The notes beneath the pieces were generated by a model. It saw only the letters and a program-made list of their open reading frames with translations. It was not told the origin of the DNA and ran no database searches. Shown in pieces: positions 57,498 through 64,000 of a stretch of DNA of 64,000 nt; positions within the stretch are counted from its first letter, which is position 1, and every line of letters starts with the position of its first letter. The DNA is from a virus. Lineage: Duplodnaviria > Caudoviricetes. Where the stretch lies: positions 189,313 through 253,312 of IMG/VR virus record IMGVR_UViG_3300028591_000075. The stretch is one strand, 5' to 3'. The translations under genes were made by a program, and so were the position numbers.

Positions 57498-58446
57498 GGT
57501 AGAGGTGCCACCGGTTTACATGGCGCCGATACCCCAGGTGATGGCGCAAAGTTGACGCTTTATGGTAGAGGTGCCACCGGTTTACATGGCGCCGATACCC
57601 CAGGTGATGGCGCAAAGTTGACGCTTTATGGTAGAGGTGCCACCGGTTTACATGGCGCCGATACCTTGCCGTTGTCAAATAGGAAAATACTGGAAGGTAG
57701 AGGTGCCACCGGTTTACATGGCGCCGATACCCTTTTCCTCCGGCGACTTCGAATCCATCACGGTAGAGGTTCCACCGATTTACATGGCGCCGATACCTCA
57801 GGGTAGTTAAAAGTACGCGAAAAAAAGGTAGAGGCACCACCAATGTACATGGTGCCGATACCATTCCCGATGTGGGTTCGTAATAGTTAAAAGGTAGAGG
57901 CACCACCGATTTACATGGTGCTGATACCCGCATAGTGCGTTCCTTGGCTTAGTATAGGGTAGAGGCGCCACCGGTTTACATGGGGCCGATACCAAGTACA
58001 TCTTCGGATAGTGGCCCAGGCTGGTAGAGGCACCACCGATTTACATGGTGCCAATACCGACTGGAAGTGTAATTACATTTGAGATTATGGTAGAGGCGCC
58101 ACCAATTTACATGGTGCCGATACCCGACGTGCCTGAACTGCCATGTTCTAGGTAGAGACGCCACCGATTTACATGGCGCCGATACCACTGGACCCGGATC
58201 ACCCACATAGTCTGGGGGTAGAGACGCCACCGATTTACATGGTGCCGATACCTTAATAATCTGATTACGGCTGATTGCCGCCGGTAGAGGTGCCACCGCC
58301 TTACATGACACTGATACCTTATATCCAGCCGTATTGCGAAACCATAGGTAGAGGCGCCACCACCTTACATGGTGCCGATACCGCTCCGTTGGTGCAGTGT
58401 GGACTGTAATGGTAGAGGCTCCACCACTTTACATGGTACCGATACC
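57498..58446 (+). CRISPR. CRISPR array: 15 repeats of 36 bp, 14 spacers of 26-30 bp
   Basis: Repeat GGTAGAGGTGCCACCGGTTTACATGGCGCCGATACC (first four identical). Starts at 57498, 57564, 57630, 57696, 57762, 57827, 57893, 57958, 58023, 58089, 58151, 58217, 58283, 58347, 58411. Confidence 0.97.
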
Positions 58447-58586
58447 TACACCCACGCCCACCCAAGGGACAATGGGGGAACATGGCACCCGCCGTGATCC
58501 CCATATTTTTACCCGATTTTACCCCCAGCGATATGATAGGCGGACTGGACTAGTTTTTCAAATATAAAAGAAGGGACTATAATGCC

Positions 58587-58934
58587 ATGACATACGAAGA
58601 AGCCAAGCAGACCGCCCTGGGACTACTCGAAAACTACCCGGACTACTACAAGGTCATGAAGTACATCGGCTCAAACGAGGAATTCATAGCAATCACCTAT
58701 ACGCAGCCGTCCGACGAGGAACTCGAAATGAGGAGGAAGGACCACGGCCATTTCGTGTGGGACATGCTTATCAAGCGCAAGGAAATAGAATACCGGCAGT
58801 TCTACCTGGACATAAGGAACAGGCCGGTAAAGGCTTCCCCCAGGAAGATCCCAATCTCCAAGGTCACGAGGGACCAGCTCTCCTACTTCCTCCAACAACA
58901 GCTGTTCATCACCTTGCACCCCGGCGAATTGTAA
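58587..58934 (+). CDS. Hypothetical protein
   Basis: 115-aa ORF downstream of the array. Confidence 0.5.
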   Translation: MTYEEAKQTALGLLENYPDYYKVMKYIGSNEEFIAITYTQPSDEELEMRRKDHGHFVWDMLIKRKEIEYRQFYLDIRNRPVKASPRKIPISKVTRDQLSYFLQQQLFITLHPGEL

Positions 58935-59023
58935 ACCAAAGTTTACAAAGCACGGTGGAACAGGGGGGTGACCTCGTTTTGGTCACCCCTGTTCCATATG
59001 GCACCAATGGCAAATCCGGTCCA

Positions 59024-60352
59024 CTAGTTCCCATTCTTCCTCGGTATCCAGGACCTCCCCGCCATCAGTAGCTCATAAAGGTCTTTCATGCCCGGATCGC
59101 TCATGTCGAACGCATATTCCCGGCTATATGTCCTCGATACGGACAGGAATCCGGCATCCCCGTCACATCTCCACTTGTACCGGACCCGCCACACGTCCCC
59201 GTCAAGTGGCACGTCCACGCTGATGCGAACCGGGCAGGGAAGGCCGGCGCCGACATGATTGCACTCCGGATCGCACATCGAGTCGATTTCACACCCGACG
59301 CTACCGTCACCTATGTGCCATGAATGCACGGATGCACCGGGAGCCCCGTGATGCCTGAGCAGTCCGGTGAGCTTGCTCACCAGATCTTCCGGGCATCGCT
59401 CGCGGTCACCCTTGAGCGGAACCGAAGCATCCGCCTCCATTCTCTCCCGCACTAGCTTGCACAGGTATCCAGATATCGTCCCCCCGCCGACATGCTCCCT
59501 TAGCCACCCTAGCATCTCCGGGCGCATGGATACGCTAACAGTCCGACGTCCACCGTCGTTTATGGCCACAGGCAGGTCACTGGGAGTCAAAGGGCTGCCA
59601 TACAGGTCGTCAAATGCGTCCATCAGACGGGCGTACGCCGGCTGCCCGCCGCTCAGGATGAATTCGAGAACATGCCCCTCGCGTTCATACGACACGAGCG
59701 ACAGATCTTCCATTCCCTTCACTATATGCAGGACGCTTACCGAAACCAACTTCCCGGCGTCATTCATCCGGTACAGTCGGCGGATGAAGGTGTCACGGTC
59801 CAGCTTCATCCCGTCCCCAAGGCACTCCTCGCCCCGATACCGCTGCTCTATCCTGCGCCACCCGGTACTCACGCCCATCAACTGGCTGTCCACGCGAATG
59901 CCCATCATCCCGCAGTAGTCGGGCTCCCTTATGCACCTAGGATACATAAGGCGCAGGATGATGTCGGCCATGACCCCCTTCCCGGAAGGCGCACCCATGT
60001 GTTTCGCGATGCTCGCGATGCTGCCGCACAGCAGATGGTCTCGAATCTCATAGGTACCAAGGCGGCACTTGCACGTCATGCCGCAAGTGCACGGGGTGAA
60101 TTCAAGGAACGGCACTACATGCCGGACGCTGCTGACGGACAGTTTCCATGCCCCAATCCCATCAAGAAAGCCCTCCCCGGTCTCCAGGCTTACCGCGTCA
60201 CCCAGGACAGCCGCCCCGTTCCATATGTCCAGGCCGGCATCCTTCAGGTATGCGGCCACGTAATCGTCATCGAAATCGTCAGAACCATTCTTGTGTGTCA
60301 TTATTTTAGTATCCTTTTCCACATTTCCCATGGGTTCATGTCTGTAACACAA
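59024..60352 (-). CDS. Hypothetical protein
   Basis: 442-aa ORF. An internal RHH-like stretch (TVSVSMRPEMLGWL..ISGYLCKLVRE) is possible. True start may be slightly downstream. Confidence 0.5.
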   Translation of the reverse strand: MCYRHEPMGNVEKDTKIMTHKNGSDDFDDDYVAAYLKDAGLDIWNGAAVLGDAVSLETGEGFLDGIGAWKLSVSSVRHVVPFLEFTPCTCGMTCKCRLGTYEIRDHLLCGSIASIAKHMGAPSGKGVMADIILRLMYPRCIREPDYCGMMGIRVDSQLMGVSTGWRRIEQRYRGEECLGDGMKLDRDTFIRRLYRMNDAGKLVSVSVLHIVKGMEDLSLVSYEREGHVLEFILSGGQPAYARLMDAFDDLYGSPLTPSDLPVAINDGGRRTVSVSMRPEMLGWLREHVGGGTISGYLCKLVRERMEADASVPLKGDRERCPEDLVSKLTGLLRHHGAPGASVHSWHIGDGSVGCEIDSMCDPECNHVGAGLPCPVRISVDVPLDGDVWRVRYKWRCDGDAGFLSVSRTYSREYAFDMSDPGMKDLYELLMAGRSWIPRKNGN

Positions 60353-60359
60353 ATATACT

Positions 60360-60900
60360 TTATTTTCGCCGATTTTGTAACACAGCGAATGTAAAATATG
60401 GTAAATTTAAATTTACAATATTATGGGGTGCCCGGGATTTTTTGCGCCAAATACCCCGGCGATATTTTTTCGGATAAACCGGGTCCAAGTTCACCACGGA
60501 AAGGGTACCCCGGGTACCCGGAAAAAGAATGGCCCCTGTTTTTTCAACCGCCGGTACCCCCCTGATATTTTTCGAAATTGACCGGGTGCTATGCTGCACA
60601 GGAAAGGGCGCCCCGGGTAACCAGGGAACAGGGGGGTGCATCATTTCCCAAAATACCCCCCATATAGTAAAAATTTTCAAAAATGGAAAAATCCTTAAGG
60701 GGGTCAAATGATCCTATGTACCCATAAATAAATTTTGATTTTTTCCGAGGCCCCCCTGTCCCTGGGGGAACACGTGTTCCCCGCGGGGGTGGAACAAAAG
60801 GTTCCGGGGGACCTGGGGGACCCTGGATGTAACCCCCTTGTGAAATAAGGTACCCCCTTGTCCCATACGGCCTTCTGACCCCCCGCCCCAAAATACGGGG
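60360..60900. repeat. Non-coding palindrome/direct-repeat region (candidate genome terminus, packaging site or origin)
   Basis: Perfect palindromes GTAAATTTAAATTTAC (60401-60416) and GGGGAACACGTGTTCCCC (60765-60782). Two imperfect ~75-bp direct copies (~60452-60525, ~60556-60630). Alternating A/T and G/C tracts. Confidence 0.55.
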
Positions 60901-60956
60901 CCACCGTGTCCTACGGCCTCCCCGGACAGTGGCACCCGGTGTCACATCGTGGGAGC

Positions 60957-61283
60957 AGTTAAGCCCCGAGGGCGTGAGACCCCTCGGACGGCAGGGCGAC
61001 CGAAGCGAGCCTACTAGCGACAGGACTGCTGGATAGGTTGGGAGGCCTAGGTTGTGGCTCAGCCTGCCAAAGACAATGCCCCATTGCCGTGGCGTGGTGG
61101 CCTATGGTAGTCGCGACCCATAGACCCGAACGCCACGGGGTGGAGTATTTACCCAAGAGTTTGGCCTATATGGCATTGTAGAGCGTTCCGTATTCATCGG
61201 CTTTGTGGTAGCGCCAGCAGGGTTCGAGTCCCTGCGGTCGGGGATACGGCAGACGGGCAGGGTGCGCTCCCTGCCCGTTTCTG
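60957..61283 (+). ncRNA. Candidate structured ncRNA (~330 nt) with tRNA-like D/T-arm domain
   Basis: Follows element copy 1 with no RBS or ORF. Multiple nested stems, T-arm GCAGGG-TTCGAGT-CCCTGC (61217-61235), terminal hairpin 61253-61278. Confidence 0.6.
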
Positions 61284-61383
61284 TATATAGTGGGGAGACC
61301 CGGTGCCACCGTGTTCCCGAAGTGCCCCGAAGATGGGCACCCGATGGAACATCGTGGGGATGTTCATTTGAAAGGAGGTCACT

Positions 61384-61542
61384 ATGGCAACTATCATCGC
61401 ACAACCGAGCAACTTGGAACTTCGGCAGGAACTTGACCTTGAAGGGCTTGAACAGGCCCTTGAAGAGCAGGTGCAGGACTATTTCTCCGATTGGGAAGAA
61501 GAGCCCTGCGACTGCGACAAGGGCCGAATAGTTCTCGGCTAA
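61384..61542 (+). CDS. 52-aa acidic protein (not in ORF track)
   Basis: AAAGGAGG RBS. MATIIAQPSNLELRQELDLEGLEQALEEQVQDYFSDWEEEPCDCDKGRIVLG. Confidence 0.6.
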   Translation: MATIIAQPSNLELRQELDLEGLEQALEEQVQDYFSDWEEEPCDCDKGRIVLG

Positions 61543-61705
61543 CGGGGAATAGGTGCTCAGTTGAGCACCAAAACCCTACGGGAGTTCCGCGACCACCGTG
61601 CATGGGGCATGACCCGAGCGGTGGCACCCGACGATACATCGTGGAAGTGTAAATGAGGCAAGGGGAACCGCCTACGAGAGTTCCCGCCAAATTGGAGATA
61701 CCGCC

Positions 61706-61846
61706 ATGAAATACGGAGTGTTCGCAAACCTTATCACCGGAAAGACCCTTTATTCCCGCCACCGCACAAAGGCGGCTGCGGACAAGGCCTGCGCCAAGGC
61801 AAGCAAGAACGGAGCCTGCTTTGTGGTCTGCGCCTTGAAAAAGTAA
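61706..61846 (+). CDS. 46-aa basic protein (not in ORF track)
   Basis: GGAG RBS. MKYGVFANLITGKTLYSRHRTKAAADKACAKASKNGACFVVCALKK. Confidence 0.55.
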   Translation: MKYGVFANLITGKTLYSRHRTKAAADKACAKASKNGACFVVCALKK

Positions 61847-62001
61847 ACTGACCCGCCAAAGGGCGGCTCCCCTTACCCCAGGGGAACCGCCCGATTTTTT
61901 GCCCACGCGGGAACGCGGGCACCACCGTGTAAGGGATATGTCCCGACAGACGGCACCCGACGGAACATCGTGGTGATACATTCAACCAAAGGAGCGACAA
62001 T

Positions 62002-62178
62002 ATGTCCCAAGAAAGCAAGAAGATTATCGGCTACATCAAGAACCTTTCCATCACGAATAGCGGCTATGAAGCGGTGCTGAACCGCTTGAAGATTATGTCC
62101 GCCGACAAGGCTGAACGCTTCCTGTCCAAGTTTCACGGAATGTCGCTTGCCGACTTTATGTTGGCGGTGGAAGCCTAA
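62002..62178 (+). CDS. 58-aa protein (not in ORF track)
   Basis: AAAGGAG RBS. MSQESKKIIGYIKNLSI...LAVEA. Confidence 0.6.
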   Translation: MSQESKKIIGYIKNLSITNSGYEAVLNRLKIMSADKAERFLSKFHGMSLADFMLAVEA

Positions 62179-62191
62179 AAGGGGGGTCAAA

Positions 62192-62359
62192 ATGAAAGCG
62201 AATTTGGACACAAAGACCTATGCGGAACTGACCGCTGAACGCCTTAAAAACGCCCGTTCCTTTGCGAAGCAGATGGGCGTGAACGCCCAAAGGGTCAAGG
62301 CCGAACGGGCGAGAATTGACCGCGAGAAGCGGGAACGGGTGCTGAACCGCGGCTTCTAG
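62192..62359 (+). CDS. 55-aa basic protein
   Basis: MKANLDTKTYAEL..., GGGG RBS-like tract. Confidence 0.5.
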   Translation: MKANLDTKTYAELTAERLKNARSFAKQMGVNAQRVKAERARIDREKRERVLNRGF

Positions 62360-62487
62360 GGAAATAGGTGCTCAGCCGAGCACCAATTCCCTTATGTGAC
62401 ACCGGTGCCCACCGTGTTCCCGGTGTGCCCCGGACGGTGGCACCCGATGGAACATCGTGGGAATGTTCATTCAACAAGGAGATAAAA

Positions 62488-62760
62488 ATGGGAAAGTTCA
62501 TCCGTGACAACATCAACTACATCAAGAGCCTTTGCCGCAAGGCTTGGGAAACTAGCAAGCATTTCGGCGGTGCATTCTTGAACAATGTGTTCGTGGACTA
62601 CCGCAACGGCTCAATTTGGTATGACACGGAATACGAACGTATCTGCCTCGCAGGGTGGAAAGTCGCCCGCAAGTTCAGGGATATCCGTGACAAGTTCGGG
62701 AACCTCGTGAGAAAGGCCTACTGGGCGCTCGTGGAGTGCAGTGCGGTAGAGAACCTCTAA
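62488..62760 (+). CDS. Small hypothetical protein
   Basis: AAGGAG RBS after element copy 5. Confidence 0.6.
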   Translation: MGKFIRDNINYIKSLCRKAWETSKHFGGAFLNNVFVDYRNGSIWYDTEYERICLAGWKVARKFRDIRDKFGNLVRKAYWALVECSAVENL

Positions 62761-62897
62761 GGGAAACGTGGGCGAGCCGTCCGCAAGGGCGGCAAATCCG
62801 CCATATGTCAATCGGTCGCCCACCGTGTTCCCTATGTGCCCCGATCCTTGGCACCCGATGGAACATCGTGGGAATGTTCAAACGAAAGGAGTTCAGT

Positions 62898-63080
62898 ATG
62901 AAAATTCTCGTAGCAATTGCAATCATCGCCATCGTGGTTCTGTTCTGCGTGGGTGCGGTAAATTCCAACTACAACTGCGTGACGCACCTCTGCAACACCC
63001 TCACGGGTGCGGTTAACTTCGTGGGCGACTTCCTGCACACCGAAATGGCGGGCGTGAACATCGTGGCAAGGGTATTCTAG
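62898..63080 (+). CDS. Small membrane/secreted protein
   Basis: AAAGGAG RBS after copy 6, hydrophobic N-terminus. Confidence 0.55.
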   Translation: MKILVAIAIIAIVVLFCVGAVNSNYNCVTHLCNTLTGAVNFVGDFLHTEMAGVNIVARVF

Positions 63081-63089
63081 GGGGTATAT

Positions 63090-63302
63090 ATGGCGTTTCA
63101 GAAATTTATCCACAATGACCCGTTCTATGCCCGCTTAGGGCGTCTGCTTGACGAATTGGACGCAAAACTAGATAGGGCGTTATACTCAAAGGGCAAGGTT
63201 CGGCTCTTTCAGACCCGCCTTAAATGGCAGCAATGGGTCTATGCCCTGCAAATGGGACGACTGCGTGAACTCCGCACCCGATGGGACAAGATGGTGGCAT
63301 AG
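63090..63302 (+). CDS. Small hypothetical protein
   Basis: Second gene of cassette 6. Confidence 0.5.
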   Translation: MAFQKFIHNDPFYARLGRLLDELDAKLDRALYSKGKVRLFQTRLKWQQWVYALQMGRLRELRTRWDKMVA

Positions 63303-63429
63303 GGGAAAGGTGCTCAACCGAGCACCAAATTCCTCTTTACGAATTTTTCACCCCACCGTGTGCCAGGTGTGCCCCGATGGGTGGCACCCGGTGGCACATC
63401 GTGGGAATGTTCAACGAAAGGAGTTAGAT

Positions 63430-63753
63430 ATGTCCAACAAGTTTTTCAAGTTCCCCTTCCTCGGCACAACCTACAACATCTGCCTCAAAGAGAAACACTA
63501 TGCCTCCAACGACAACCTTGCCCTTGAAGCCTACACTGACGAAGGGGAGCCGTTTGCCATGATTTCCACGAATATTGAAGGTGCTCTGACCAAAGCGGAA
63601 GGCAAAGACCATATCTGCTTGGACAACAACAACCTGCCCGAAAAGTCCTTTGACAACCTTATGAAGGCAGGGGTGCTCACTCCTACGGGTCGCTACGCAC
63701 AGAGCGGTTTCTGCAACTACCCCATCTACAAGGTGGACTTGACCAAAATCTAG
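63430..63753 (+). CDS. DUF4313-like protein
   Basis: Y..NDNLAL..GEPFAMISTN..LDNNN..QSGFCNYPIY. AAAGGAG RBS after copy 7. Confidence 0.65.
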   Translation: MSNKFFKFPFLGTTYNICLKEKHYASNDNLALEAYTDEGEPFAMISTNIEGALTKAEGKDHICLDNNNLPEKSFDNLMKAGVLTPTGRYAQSGFCNYPIYKVDLTKI

Positions 63754-63882
63754 GGCAGGGGGCGGTGCCAATCGGCACCAATTCCCCTACGATCTTCACA
63801 CTACCACCGTGTATCCGGTGTGCCCTTGTCTCGGGCACCCGGTGATACATCGTGGGTATGTTCATTCAACAAGGAGTTAAAA

Positions 63883-64000
63883 ATGAGAAACTTGCCCATC
63901 GTCATCGGAATTGCAGCAATGGCCGCATTCGCACACGAAATGCCCATCTGCGAAGAGTTCGCCGGGGAACAGCACATCCAGTGCGTATCCACCGACAAGG
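63883..64000 (+). CDS. Small secreted protein, 3'-truncated by the window edge
   Basis: AAGGAG RBS after copy 8. MRNLPIVIGIAAMAAFA signal-like N-terminus. Confidence 0.5.
   Translation, partial: MRNLPIVIGIAAMAAFAHEMPICEEFAGEQHIQCVSTDK

Larger units (their letters stand above)
60901..63855 (+). promoter_or_regulatory. Eight copies of a 52-bp tripartite promoter-like element CCACCGTG-N22-GGCACCCG-N5-ACATCGTGG
   Basis: Copies start at 60901, 61306, 61593, 61922, 62409, 62820, 63353, 63804. Box spacing is identical in all eight. Seven are followed by an RBS and ORF. Confidence 0.8.

Noticed and set aside
58319-58346. Spacer 13 self-targeting the Dam-like gene near 38115-38141
   Set aside because: Only a short gapped partial match (TTATATCC.GC), consistent with chance.
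58447-58500. Possible 16th degenerate repeat or ninth cassette element (ACATGGCACCCG)
   Set aside because: Only ~10 bp match, spacing is wrong for a repeat, and the other two boxes are missing.
57339-58504. ORFs across the array with repeating GRGATGLHGADT / YRRHVNRW / VSAPCK peptides
   Set aside because: These are translations of the ~66-bp CRISPR period, not proteins.
57484-58590. tracrRNA next to the effector
   Set aside because: No extended anti-repeat seen by eye in the flanking intergenic DNA. A computational search is still needed.
61188-61249. Canonical tRNA or tmRNA gene
   Set aside because: T-arm and D-like arm are present but there is no anticodon arm, no CCA end and no evident tag ORF. 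Kept only as a tRNA-like domain.
60901-63855. Second CRISPR array, or sigma54 promoters
   Set aside because: Copies are 290-530 bp apart with genes between them and have variable internal spacers. The sigma54 -12 TTGC is absent.
1-64000. Alternative genetic code (stop-codon recoding)
   Set aside because: Known genes translate full-length in code 11 and TAA, TAG and TGA all act as stops.

Overview
64 kb of a large, probably T4-like (jumbo) tailed phage genome. The host is most plausibly Fibrobacter or another FCB-group anaerobe: two Fib_succ_major/FISUMP-domain genes, Shine-Dalgarno use, and TTG-N20-TAYATT(TG) promoters. Layout: (1) <1-14.4 kb, tail-fibre/structural genes sharing short modules. 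(2) 14.6-54.9 kb, dense accessory region (ThyX, Thg1-like, NUDIX, two metallophosphoesterases, M16 peptidase, OFA-family MFS transporter, AAA ATPase, three orphan DNA methyltransferases, guanylate kinase, HNH, radical SAM plus FETNSSS proteins, Nif3, Glf, PncA, QueC-like, LemA, NADAR). It also holds apparently inactivated paralogs of prohead protease, major capsid and terminase. (3) Main finding: a phage-encoded minimal type V CRISPR-Cas locus. An 858-aa RuvC effector (54908-57484) is followed 13 bp later by a 15-repeat array (57498-58446) with polymorphic, co-varying 36-bp repeats, and no cas1/cas2/cas4 in the window. (4) 60.4-64 kb, a palindrome-rich non-coding segment, then at least 8 copies of a rigidly spaced element CCACCGTG-N22-GGCACCCG-N5-ACATCGTGG. 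Seven copies head small genes; the first heads a ~330-nt structured ncRNA candidate with a tRNA-like D/T-arm domain. All family calls come from motif recognition by eye; no database searches were run.
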